Part shown: piece by piece, positions 18,097-26,682 of the stretch
Layout: every line of letters starts with the position of its first letter
Numbering within the stretch: the stretch's first letter is position 1
From: Kiritimatiellia bacterium
GTDB lineage: Bacteria > Verrucomicrobiota > Kiritimatiellia > RFP12 > UBA1067
Assembly (NCBI GenBank): GCA_017395505.1
Contig: JAFPUH010000037.1
Coordinates: 59,226 to 123,225, forward strand
Length of the DNA: 64,000 bases
Direction of reading: 5' to 3'
Position numbers and translations under genes: made by a program
The notes under the pieces: generated by a model
Databases searched by the model: none
Seen by the model: the letters and a program-made list of their open reading frames with translations, nothing else
What the model was told of the DNA's origin: nothing

Positions 18097-20262
18097 CTAT
18101 GGCATTTCGACCGTCACCTTGAAGAACCGATGAAGCGAATTGGTCGGATACGCCCATTCCTCAGTAGACGATAGCGTCTCCTTGCCATATATCTTGTAAA
18201 GCCGTTCAATGCTATTCGTGTTCAAGTTCGGCTCCCATGTCACAACTGGCACGCCATCTTGCATGTCTATCTTCGCCGTAAACACGCTCGTTTCATTCGT
18301 CGGGTTTGTTCCGGCCACAAACTCTTCCCAAAGTCTCGTCGCCTTCCCGCCCTGCGTCTTGCCGCTCAAGGCAATCGCCGTTGTCTCGAAGTCAGTATCC
18401 TTGCCATCAAAACCGTATTTCGTCAACCACGAATACGGCACGGGTTCTGGTGTGGTCATTGTGAAGCCACTACCGTCGGCAGGCGCCCACTGCACCTGAT
18501 CAACCCAAATGCAGTCTGGCGCATACGAAGTCGCGCCATCCTTGCGGTATTCCCATTTGAGCGTATGCTTGCCGCCTCCCACAATTTCATGCGAGACATA
18601 ATGCCATTCGCCATCATGGCCGGCAATCCTCGCCACAACCACATCATCTACCAAGAAAGCACCATAATCATAGTAACCGTCGTCCCCTTCTTCCTCATCG
18701 GCTTCTTCGCACGCCGCTCTCCACCAGAACGACACCTTACCGTCCTTCTTAATCGAAGATTGCAGCCATGTAGTCTCGTTATTGCCAATCGTACCACTCT
18801 GCACGGACGACACGCCGTCATGCGAAACGTCCGTCACAACGGTCCAGGGATGCGAGTCATCCGTCTCCATCGTGTAACCGTAGAAATTCGCCGCCTCGCT
18901 CAAAGACTCACTTCGCGTGAAGGTCGCCGTAGCCTCTTCCGAATCCTTCCAATCATCCTTGACGGCAATCGCCCGCACGCTGCAAGATTGATAGATGCCG
19001 AAAGGATGCTTGTACTCGCGCCCATTCACCGCTGGGTCGCCCCCGTCAACCGTGTAGAGTATCGTCGCTCCTTCAGTCTCGCACGAAATCGAAACTGCCT
19101 GTGAAACATTGTCAAAGGTTATCCCGCTTGGTTCGATAACTGGTCGCTCAACAGTATACCACTCGCGCGTAAACGTCGCCGTCGCAGTTTCGCTATCAAA
19201 CCAATCCTCCTTAAATGCTTTGGCCTTAACCGTTGTTGTGTCGTCAATTGCAAACGGTCCTGTGTAGAGCGCACTCTTCTCCGTCGGTTCACTCCCATCA
19301 AGCGTATAATGAATCTCGACACTATCGGTTTCACAAGAAAGCGTCACTATGTTGCCGGCCCAATTGAACACATTCTCTTCTGCGGATATGTTCGGCTCGA
19401 CTGCTTGACCAAACGCATACTCATTCGAGTAAACGACTTGATATGGATATTCGGCAACATACGCCAATGCCTTGACTTGTACCCGATGGGTTATCGAAAA
19501 CGGGCCTTCATACAGGAAACATTTTGCGGTTTGATTTGTAGTCGGCTCGCTCCCGTCAATCGTATAATAAATTTTTGCGGTATCATTTGCTGATGTCAAA
19601 ACAACTTTTCTGTCTTCAGCAAGCACGCCGTCAGCTGGAGCAAAGTTCACTTTTGCGGCTCCATAATCCACCGCGCCCATGAGCCATGTTTCACCTTCTA
19701 CCCAGTCTTCGCATCCCTCAACCGCCATACATCCATTACCTTGAGAGTAATTGAAGCGTCCCGTGCAGCTACATTCGCGGCCGCCGGCACTCCAACTAGA
19801 TGAAATAGTGGTTGCTGGTTTTAAGCCTTCAAACATGATATTTACTGTATTTTTGATGGGATAAACCCACCAGCCTCGCCATGTATCATAATAATTATGA
19901 TCCCTGAGACTTGCCCTCGAAAAAAATGAGCTTCCATTTGTTGCGATTCTTAAAACGGTTGAAGGGACTATTACGGCCGTCACATCCGAATCATCAGGTA
20001 TTTTGATAGCACCTACCCCAATACCAACTACTGGCATACCATCAATCATAGATGGCAATCTTAATACCTTTGGCAGCGCTCCACTATGGGCGGGCAATGG
20101 ACTATTGGACTCATTAGGAACCATTGTTCGTGTGGAGGGATTCTCCAAAACAACGCCATCTTTATCTTCATAATAATACCAAGTGATTCCTTCTATGGTT
20201 TGTGTCAGAGCAAAGACACTGCTGGTGATCCCCGCAAATATCAAGACTAACATGCTTTTCAT
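18097..20262 (-). CDS. Secreted or cell-surface protein with a BspA-like leucine-rich region and four chitobiase/beta-hexosaminidase C-terminal-type (Fn3-like) repeats
   Basis: 721 aa with signal peptide. Repeated IYYT(I/L)DGSEPT / ILYTVDGGDP modules. Markedly lower GC than the flanks. Confidence 0.75.
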   Translation of the reverse strand: MKSMLVLIFAGITSSVFALTQTIEGITWYYYEDKDGVVLENPSTRTMVPNESNSPLPAHSGALPKVLRLPSMIDGMPVVGIGVGAIKIPDDSDVTAVIVPSTVLRIATNGSSFFSRASLRDHNYYDTWRGWWVYPIKNTVNIMFEGLKPATTISSSWSAGGRECSCTGRFNYSQGNGCMAVEGCEDWVEGETWLMGAVDYGAAKVNFAPADGVLAEDRKVVLTSANDTAKIYYTIDGSEPTTNQTAKCFLYEGPFSITHRVQVKALAYVAEYPYQVVYSNEYAFGQAVEPNISAEENVFNWAGNIVTLSCETDSVEIHYTLDGSEPTEKSALYTGPFAIDDTTTVKAKAFKEDWFDSETATATFTREWYTVERPVIEPSGITFDNVSQAVSISCETEGATILYTVDGGDPAVNGREYKHPFGIYQSCSVRAIAVKDDWKDSEEATATFTRSESLSEAANFYGYTMETDDSHPWTVVTDVSHDGVSSVQSGTIGNNETTWLQSSIKKDGKVSFWWRAACEEADEEEGDDGYYDYGAFLVDDVVVARIAGHDGEWHYVSHEIVGGGKHTLKWEYRKDGATSYAPDCIWVDQVQWAPADGSGFTMTTPEPVPYSWLTKYGFDGKDTDFETTAIALSGKTQGGKATRLWEEFVAGTNPTNETSVFTAKIDMQDGVPVVTWEPNLNTNSIERLYKIYGKETLSSTEEWAYPTNSLHRFFKVTVEMP

Positions 20263-20627
20263 ACTCTTTCTCCTTTCGTAGAATCTGTGATAATGATATG
20301 CGTGCCATAAGGTGCACCTCGTTTTTGAAGTTCCATCTTAATGTTCAATTTATGCCATTCACAATACCTCTTAAGTTCCTCGAATTCTTCTAGTCCGTCG
20401 AAGGCTCCGCTTCCGTGATGCCGAGAGATGAAGCAAACATCACCAGTCGTTGTATAACCAACAGTGGCATGATCAAGAAACTTCAAATTCTTACAAGAAC
20501 CAAATATGCTTTTTTGTAAGCAACCCCTTGGGCACCGGCCGCCACGCAAAACCAGAGCTGGGCAACCAGAATGATAAGTCTTAATCTCCTTGCCGTCTGG
20601 TAAGGAATAAATGTATGGTTTTGACAT
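20259..20627 (-). CDS. Small Cys/His-rich hypothetical protein (122 aa), translationally coupled upstream of the surface protein
   Basis: 4-nt overlap with 18097..20262. Motifs SGCPALVLRGGRCPRGC and HATVGY..ISRHHGSG. Possibly a papain-like or C39-like fold, unproven. Confidence 0.45.
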   Translation of the reverse strand: MSKPYIYSLPDGKEIKTYHSGCPALVLRGGRCPRGCLQKSIFGSCKNLKFLDHATVGYTTTGDVCFISRHHGSGAFDGLEEFEELKRYCEWHKLNIKMELQKRGAPYGTHIIITDSTKGERV

Positions 20628-20852
20628 CTATCAGTATCTCCTTTCGCCTGCCGCTACCTAGTTTGTGAGATGAGCACCGGTGGCAAAAGATAAGCGGCGC
20701 ACTCTCAAGATTCACATCTTCTGGAGGCACCGGAAAGAGCCCGAAGTAAAACATGATTAGAAAGTACGCCGCGTGGATACCACGCAGCGCAACTTCGTAT
20801 TTCGCCTTACTCCTTGAAAATTTCCGGTTTTCCAGAAAGCTACTATACGCTG

Positions 20853-21036
20853 TTGCGTACGTTGCACGGGTTAGGTTGCCCACCCCGCGCTTTTCTCCAC
20901 TCCACTTCACCCGAAGTGTGGGAGCTACGGCCGGCTTTTCTGCCCGACCGGTATGTCAAAGAACCTTGCCCTTCTCGCGAAGGAACGGCGAATATGATAC
21001 CATATCGCCGCGCTCATTTCAAGCGCGGCGAGAGGG
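20853..21036 (-). repeat. About 185-bp repeat R190, copy 1: GC-rich structured segment ending in a hairpin (TCGCCGCGC-TCATTTCAA-GCGCGGCGA) immediately followed by TGGTATCAT
   Basis: More than 95% identical to 21616..21797. The 3' 50 nt also occur at 23121..23170 and, diverged, at 58836..58878. Confidence 0.85.
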
Positions 21037-21063
21037 AAATTAGTTTTCGAAATTCTGTGCCTA

Positions 21064-21312
21064 CTACACCCGAACACCATATTCATATATGGCATCACTC
21101 GGCAAATCTATTCTATCGCTCCAAACAACGCATGTCCGACTTGAATCAAGCCGCGCATTCTCAAACAACCCAGGCAATGTGCGCAAGTCTTCAAACGCCT
21201 TTATTGTGCTGATATCATCGGCGACGTCATATACCACATCCCGCCCCTCGTCAAAATGGACGAAGAGTTTGTAATCTGGCAAGGTCTTAATACTTGATAT
21301 CCTGCGTATCAT
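21064..21312 (-). CDS. DUF2442 family protein
   Basis: 82 aa with the characteristic ...VVWSDRIDL....LY C-terminal pattern. Forms the usual pair with DUF4160. Confidence 0.65.
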   Translation of the reverse strand: MIRRISSIKTLPDYKLFVHFDEGRDVVYDVADDISTIKAFEDLRTLPGLFENARLDSSRTCVVWSDRIDLPSDAIYEYGVRV

Positions 21313-21324
21313 AGCTTAGCCCTA

Positions 21325-21576
21325 TCAAAGCGGTGGCAGCTTCACTATCCGCTGTGTCTTCCACATTTCTTCCAGTTCGCCTCTGTGCAACGACAACCAT
21401 TCCTTGACAAGTCGCTGCGCAGTCAATGGCAAATCTCCATCCGTCATTTCGGACGAAGCCAAATCAAACACTCCGACGCACTCGCCATAAATGGCATGTA
21501 TGTGCGACGGATCATGTTCTTTAGGCTTAAAGAACATCTTAACGACTATACCATAAAATCTTGCAATCTCTGGCAT
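21325..21576 (-). CDS. DUF4160 family protein
   Basis: Starts at internal ATG 21576 (MPEIARFYGIVVKMF...HIHA.YGE...) with SD GGAGGG 8 nt upstream. The track ORF to 21630 is an upstream extension. Confidence 0.65.
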   Translation of the reverse strand: MPEIARFYGIVVKMFFKPKEHDPSHIHAIYGECVGVFDLASSEMTDGDLPLTAQRLVKEWLSLHRGELEEMWKTQRIVKLPPL

Positions 21577-21615
21577 TTTAAATGCCCTCCTTTCTTTCCG
21601 ATGGTCTATTCTAAA

Positions 21616-21797
21616 TTGCGTACGCTGCACGGGTTAGGTTGCCCACCCCGCGCTTTTCTCCACTCCACTTCACCCGAAGTGTGGGAGCTACGGCCGGCTT
21701 TTCTGCCCGACCGGTATGTCAAAGAACCTTGCCCTTCTCGCGAAGAACAGCGAATATAATACCATATCGCCGCGCTCATTTCAAGCGCGGCGAGAGG
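21616..21797 (-). repeat. About 185-bp repeat R190, copy 2 (hairpin plus TGGTATTAT at its upstream end); precedes the DUF4160/DUF2442 cassette
   Basis: Near-identical to 20853..21036; ends 40 nt before the DUF4160 ATG. Confidence 0.85.
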
Positions 21798-21850
21798 TCA
21801 AAATCTCATTCCTTCAGTGGGCTCGGAGTAATGCGCAAATCCGGCTGCAA

Positions 21851-22051
21851 TCACTTTGAACGAATACAGTTGTAAAGATATTCGCCACTTTCACGGTAAA
21901 GTCCCGACTCAGGGTCTATCAGCTTAGTGAAGAATGCAGAATGATAAACCTCGTCCATGGCATCTTCAGGCGACTTACCCTCATGTGCGACAATCGCCGC
22001 AATCAAGTCCTGTATCGCAAACTCGATAAGCTGCTTCTGCTCATTTGACAT
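21851..22051 (-). CDS. DUF3791-like small protein
   Basis: Internal start MSNEQKQLIEFAI...SPEDAMDEVYHSAFFTKL resembles the DUF3791 N-terminal region. Overlaps the DUF3990 3' end. Confidence 0.5.
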   Translation of the reverse strand: MSNEQKQLIEFAIQDLIAAIVAHEGKSPEDAMDEVYHSAFFTKLIDPESGLYRESGEYLYNCIRSK

Positions 22052-22538
22052 TGAGCACCTCCTTGAAGCGAAGCAACTTGACGGCACGTTCGGTATGGAA
22101 TGAATACTGCGTATAAAGCTCCTTGAACTTCATGCGCTGCGCAAACTCATCAACCGTAATCAAATCCTTTTCATACAAACGAAACAGCAACGAGAGTTTG
22201 TCGTTCGCAATAGGACCGACAACAACATCATACCGATTGTCACGATTGTGGTCTTCCGCTGGCTGATCAATCTTTCTGTTTGCCTTTACAAAAAGCGCCC
22301 ATTCACGACACGGCTCAGCAAACTTTTTCACATTCAAGGAATCAAAAACGCCATCATCCGCTTCAAACACCATGACCTTAGGCACGCCTCCTAGCCGGAC
22401 GACTCTTTGGCGAGCAGTCTTCTCTGCGCACTCAAGCGAACTTGTCGCATAAAAGCCCCGTCCAAAATCTTTAGCCGGCAGACCTTTGGCAAGGTCGATT
22501 TCGCAAAATCCCAGATTTGACCCATGGTAAAGCTTCAT
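22041..22538 (-). CDS. DUF3990 family protein
   Basis: MKLYHGSN...DFGRGFYATSS matches the hallmark N-terminus of DUF3990. Confidence 0.7.
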   Translation of the reverse strand: MKLYHGSNLGFCEIDLAKGLPAKDFGRGFYATSSLECAEKTARQRVVRLGGVPKVMVFEADDGVFDSLNVKKFAEPCREWALFVKANRKIDQPAEDHNRDNRYDVVVGPIANDKLSLLFRLYEKDLITVDEFAQRMKFKELYTQYSFHTERAVKLLRFKEVLNVK

Positions 22539-22795
22539 GCGGCGACACCTCCGTTCCTGCGAGCGACTTGGGCCATATCAGCGACCGCTTCTTCAATCGA
22601 ATATGTGTGTTCAATATCGTAGTGGTCGGAAAGAAACGAAAGCGCACCATGTTTCTTCAAATAGTCGAACGCTTCCAGATATGACATACCATATGTGTCC
22701 GCAAAATCATTCACGCACACCACAAAGTAGTCAATCTTGTTTTTCGTCAATTCTGGCATGACAATCCATTTCTTTTGAGCTAATGATTCTGCCAA
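22535..22795 (-). CDS. DUF3791 family protein
   Basis: ...DYLKKHGALSFLSDHYDIEHTYSIEEAVADM pattern typical of DUF3791. ATGA overlap with DUF3990. Confidence 0.6.
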   Translation of the reverse strand: MAESLAQKKWIVMPELTKNKIDYFVVCVNDFADTYGMSYLEAFDYLKKHGALSFLSDHYDIEHTYSIEEAVADMAQVARRNGGVAA

Positions 22796-22804
22796 GGTCC
22801 CTGT

Positions 22805-23104
22805 TCATACGGCAACAGCCTCCTTGCACACACGATGCGCAAAACCAAGCGAATGCGGCAATATATGCGACGATACCAGATCAACCTTGCAGTTGAACAG
22901 TTTCTCATACTCCGACGACATAGCACATTCGTTGCGCCAACTGTATTCGCCTGGCATCCACTTCACCAAGAAATCCACATCGCTGTCGGGACGCTCCTCC
23001 TTGCGGGCGCACGAGCCGAAGACCCAAAGCTTTTCGGCCTTGTGCTTCCTGGCGATGGCGTATATCTCGTCACGCCTCGCCCGTATCTCGTCAAGCATGC
23101 ACAT
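22805..23104 (-). CDS. Minimal nucleotidyltransferase (MNT / Pol-beta superfamily), no cognate HEPN partner seen
   Basis: Start MCMLDEI... (ATG at 23104 or 23098). GS-x9-DxD motif in LWVFGSCARKEERPDSDVDFLV. Confidence 0.7.
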   Translation of the reverse strand: MCMLDEIRARRDEIYAIARKHKAEKLWVFGSCARKEERPDSDVDFLVKWMPGEYSWRNECAMSSEYEKLFNCKVDLVSSHILPHSLGFAHRVCKEAVAV

Positions 23105-23120
23105 ATTTGCAACATCCCGA

Positions 23121-23170
23121 AGGAACACCGATATGATACCATATCGCCACGCGCGAATCAAGCGCTGAAC
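23121..23170 (-). repeat. R190 3'-tail fragment (hairpin plus TGGTATCAT) at the right boundary of the low-GC island
   Basis: CGAAGGAACACCGATATGATACCATATCGCCACGCGCGAATCAAGCGCTG aligns to the last 50 nt of R190. GC composition returns to the flank level immediately to the right. Confidence 0.7.
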
Positions 23171-23172
23171 GA

Positions 23173-24318
23173 TCAGGAGAAAGTCTTTGCGTAATCGGAG
23201 TAGATAGCGGCCGCGTCAAGGTCCGACCGTGCCATTCTGAAGGCGTTTGCGCCGCATTTCGCAGTGTCGAGCGAACTGAGCGTTCTCACGAGACTTGCGG
23301 CATCGGATGCGCGGTATAGGGCGCCGGCCTCATGGCGGGCGAGCAGCTTGGCGCTTTCGCCGCCGAGGGAGCTGACGACCGCAAGCGATGCTTTGGCATA
23401 GTCGCAGAGCTTGTAAGGTACGCCGACGCAGCTTGAATCGTCCATCGGTATCATGCCGACGTTGCAGCCGGCGAACATGCGCGAAAGCTCCTCTTCGCCA
23501 AGATAGCCCCTGAAGCGAACGCGCGACGAAACGCCAAGCCCTTCCGCAAGCTGGCGCAGCGCCCCTTCTCCTTCTCCCTTTCCGGCGATGTCTAGCGTTG
23601 CGTCAGGCAGTTCTGCGAGAGCGCTCACGACTGTTGCGAGGTCGTATGTCCGGCCGAGATTTCCGGCGTATGCGAGGCGCAGCGCGCCATCATCCTTACG
23701 GACGACAGCAGAAGCGCCGGACATGTCGATGCCGTGGTAGAACCTGCGAACTTCGCCCTTGAAACCGTAGCCGCGAACGAGATCGATGTAGCGGTCTGCT
23801 ACGACGGTTATCGCGTCCGCACCGAGGTAGTTCGCTCGGGCGAGGCGGCGAAGCGGCCATAGCGCCGCCTTGGGAGCGACGCGCTCGAACGTCTCTGGCC
23901 ACGCATCCATGACATCAATGACGAGCTTGGCGCCGAATTTCGCTGCGAGACGGCGAGCGACGAGTCCTGTCGAGAGCGGAGGAGTCGAGACGACGATCAG
24001 ATCAGGGGCGCCATTCTTTTTCGCCGCGGCTTGGGCGAGGCGCGACCATTCGCGCGAATAACGCCAGTGGCTGATCATGCGGCCAAGCGAGACGTTGGCG
24101 GAATAAGGCGGCTCGTGCACCAGGCGAAGCGCGAAACTAGGCGGCTCTCCTGCTATGGCGCGGCGTGTCTTTGTCGTATGGTTGAAGTCGGCCGTCCAGA
24201 GGGTCACTTCATGCCCCGCGCGCGCAAAAGCCTCCGCCATGAGCCAATACCGCTGGGGACGAAAACCCTCCAGCGGAAGGTTGTCGAAGGGATTCTCTAT
24301 CCAGACGCGCAAATTCAC
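23173..24318 (-). CDS. Glycosyltransferase family 4 (RfaG-like)
   Basis: GTG start overlapping the der stop (GTGA). N-terminus ...GFRPQRYWLMAEAFARAGHEVTLWT and C-terminal E-x7-E region typical of GT4. The track extension to 24816 overlaps der and is rejected. Confidence 0.75.
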   Translation of the reverse strand: MNLRVWIENPFDNLPLEGFRPQRYWLMAEAFARAGHEVTLWTADFNHTTKTRRAIAGEPPSFALRLVHEPPYSANVSLGRMISHWRYSREWSRLAQAAAKKNGAPDLIVVSTPPLSTGLVARRLAAKFGAKLVIDVMDAWPETFERVAPKAALWPLRRLARANYLGADAITVVADRYIDLVRGYGFKGEVRRFYHGIDMSGASAVVRKDDGALRLAYAGNLGRTYDLATVVSALAELPDATLDIAGKGEGEGALRQLAEGLGVSSRVRFRGYLGEEELSRMFAGCNVGMIPMDDSSCVGVPYKLCDYAKASLAVVSSLGGESAKLLARHEAGALYRASDAASLVRTLSSLDTAKCGANAFRMARSDLDAAAIYSDYAKTFS

Positions 24319-25697
24319 TCCTCCGGCGAAGGCTGCACGGGGGCGGGGGGCTTTGGTCCGGCGCTGTTGCGGCTGCGAGCCTTGAGGAATATCCTGAGAG
24401 GCGCGCCCTCGAGACCGAACCTGGCGCGTATCTGCTTGTCGAGATACGACAGATAGGCGAGAGTCACCAGCTTGGGGTCGTTCACGAAAAGACGGATAGT
24501 CTGGGGATTCGTCGCAACCTGGAGTCCGTAATATATCTTGAGGCGCTTGCCCTTGATCATCGGCGAGAGCGTCTTTTTCGTCGCCTTCGTGATGACGTTG
24601 TTGAGCATTCCTGTCGGGATGCGCTCCGAGGCCGAAGCCGCGGCGCGGTCGATCGCGTCGACCGTACGGCGGATGTTGTAGCCGGACTTGTTGGAGCAGA
24701 AGACGACCGGCGCAAACGAGAGAAACGGCATCATCGTCCTTAGGGCAGGCACGGCCTTCGTCTCGGTTATGCCCTCCTCCTGGGCGAGATCCCACTTGTT
24801 CATCAGTATGACGCAAGCCTTGTTCGCGTCGAGAATCTTACCGGCGATGCGCTTGTCTTGCATCGTCGGGCCCATCACGGGATCCATCACCAAAAGCACG
24901 ACGTCGGCTTCGTTTATCGCATCCTCCGAGCGGAAGAGCGAGAAGTTGTCTACCGAAGTCTTCGACATCTTCGTATGGGGCTTCATTCCGGCGGTGTCGA
25001 CGAGCATGTAGCGGCGCGCCTCTGGGCCGGTGCCGATAGTGAAAGGCACCTCGACCGCGTCGCGAGTCGTGCCGGGGATATCGGAGACGATTACGCGGGG
25101 CGCGTTGAGGAGGCGGTTCACGTATGAGCTCTTGCCTACATTGGGGCGCCCGACGATCGCGACCTTGAGCGGACGCGAAGTTGCGGCATCCTCGGAGACC
25201 GGCGGCAGGCGGGAGGCAACATCCTTCAAAAGCGCCTCGATGCCCCTGCCATGCTCGGCGGAGGTCGGGAAAACCGGCAGCCCGAAGCGCTCGAATTCGG
25301 CGGCGCGCCAGTCGTCATCGGCGACGTCGCACTTGTTCGCGGCTATCACGCAGGGAACGCCAGATTCGCGCACTCGCTTTATGACCTCGCTGTCGAGGGG
25401 CGTTATGCCCTCGCGTGAATCGACGACTATCACGCAGACGGCGGAATCCTCGACTGCCAGCGCAGCCTGGCTCTTCGTCTCGTCGTCGAGGGGGTCGTTC
25501 GTCACATGGCGGTCGAAGGCGATACCGCCTGTGTCGACCAGCATAACCTTGCGGCCAAGGATATCCACCTCGCGGGTCACACGGTCGCGCGTCACGCCGG
25601 GCTGGTCGAAGACTATGGCGACGCGCTTCTTTGCGATCCTGTTGAAAAGAGCGCTCTTGCCCGTGTTGGGGCGCCCGACGAGAGAGACGACGTTCAT
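24315..25697 (-). CDS. der: Ribosome-biogenesis GTPase Der (EngA), tandem GTPase domains
   Basis: Two G-domains (GRPNTGKS, GRPNVGKS) plus a KH-like C-terminus. Confidence 0.95.
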   Translation of the reverse strand: MNVVSLVGRPNTGKSALFNRIAKKRVAIVFDQPGVTRDRVTREVDILGRKVMLVDTGGIAFDRHVTNDPLDDETKSQAALAVEDSAVCVIVVDSREGITPLDSEVIKRVRESGVPCVIAANKCDVADDDWRAAEFERFGLPVFPTSAEHGRGIEALLKDVASRLPPVSEDAATSRPLKVAIVGRPNVGKSSYVNRLLNAPRVIVSDIPGTTRDAVEVPFTIGTGPEARRYMLVDTAGMKPHTKMSKTSVDNFSLFRSEDAINEADVVLLVMDPVMGPTMQDKRIAGKILDANKACVILMNKWDLAQEEGITETKAVPALRTMMPFLSFAPVVFCSNKSGYNIRRTVDAIDRAAASASERIPTGMLNNVITKATKKTLSPMIKGKRLKIYYGLQVATNPQTIRLFVNDPKLVTLAYLSYLDKQIRARFGLEGAPLRIFLKARSRNSAGPKPPAPVQPSPEE

Positions 25698-26641
25698 CAG
25701 AATTTGCTCTTCTTGGAGAGAATGTAGAATACGGCCGCTATTACGAAGCCGAGCGCGCCAGAGAAGCCCATCACTATCGCGAACGAGTGGGGATGCGCCA
25801 TGAACGGAAGCGTCGTCAGGTTCATGCCGTAGATGGACGCCACAAGCGTAGGCACGGCGAGCAGAATCGTAACCGCCGTAAGGTACTTCATGACGTTGTT
25901 GAGGTTGTTGTTGATCAGCGAGGCGAAGGTATCGAGCGTTCCGTTGAGGATGTTCGCGTGGATGGTCGCCGTCTCGAGGGCCTGCTGGTATTCGACAAGG
26001 GCGTCCTCGAGCTGGTCGCTGTCGTCTTCCGTAAGCACGACCTGACGCGAGGTGTTCGCGCGGGCAAGGGCGATCGTATCGGCCTTTAGGGATGTCGTGA
26101 AGTAGACGAACGTCTTTTCGATCGTAAGCAGCTTCAGAAGCACCTTGTTGGATATCGACTCGTGCAGCTCGTCCTCAAGGTCGATCGTGCGCTGGTGAAT
26201 GTCGTGCAGGTAGCGCAGGAAGAGCACTCCGCCGTGCCAGAGCAGGCGGAACGCGAAGCGGTACTTGTCCTTCGGCGGGCAGACGCGACGTATCTGGTCG
26301 AGAAAGGCCGTAGTCACAGGGGTGCGCATGCTGCAGACGGTAATTACGCTCTCGCCGATCAGGATGATACCTAGCGGCACGGTGCAGTAGGGCGCAACCT
26401 CGTCGTCGTCGACGGGGCAAGGCACATGCACGATCAGAAGCGTCGCATCGTCCTCGTAGTCGAAACGCGGCCTTTCGTCGCGGTCGAGCGGGTCGGTCAG
26501 GAAATCACGCGGAACGTTGCAGTAGGAGGCGACGGACTCGATCTCGGTTGTCGTAGGCTCGACGAGGTTGACCCAACACGACGACGACAACTGGGGAGTC
26601 TCCTTGAGACCTCCGTTCTCCCAGCGATATATCGTCATCAT
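25697..26641 (-). CDS. corA: Magnesium/cobalt transporter CorA
   Basis: YGMN motif (YGMNL) before two C-terminal TM helices. ATGA overlap with der. Confidence 0.9.
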   Translation of the reverse strand: MMTIYRWENGGLKETPQLSSSCWVNLVEPTTTEIESVASYCNVPRDFLTDPLDRDERPRFDYEDDATLLIVHVPCPVDDDEVAPYCTVPLGIILIGESVITVCSMRTPVTTAFLDQIRRVCPPKDKYRFAFRLLWHGGVLFLRYLHDIHQRTIDLEDELHESISNKVLLKLLTIEKTFVYFTTSLKADTIALARANTSRQVVLTEDDSDQLEDALVEYQQALETATIHANILNGTLDTFASLINNNLNNVMKYLTAVTILLAVPTLVASIYGMNLTTLPFMAHPHSFAIVMGFSGALGFVIAAVFYILSKKSKF

Positions 26642-26682
26642 GTCGCACCCCCTTCCTTTATTGCGTTCGCTATTGCAATTCC

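Noticed and set aside
20753-21212. Plus-strand ORFs 20753..21043 and 20814..21212 inside and around the R190 repeat
   Set aside because: They are translations of the repeat element itself, the same peptide reappears at 21639..21875 from copy 2, and they lack start-site signals.
20853-21797. R190 repeats as integron attC sites, with the island as an integron cassette array
   Set aside because: No R''/L''-L'/R' imperfect inverted-repeat architecture. A GTTAGGT heptamer exists but has no matching inverse core. No intI-like gene or attI is in the window, and the repeats sit upstream of each cassette's ORFs, not downstream.
24319-24816. N-terminal 166 codons of the 547-aa ORF 23173..24816
   Set aside because: Overlaps der in another frame and has Arg/Gln/Pro-rich junk composition. 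The GT4 homology begins at the GTG coupled to the der stop.
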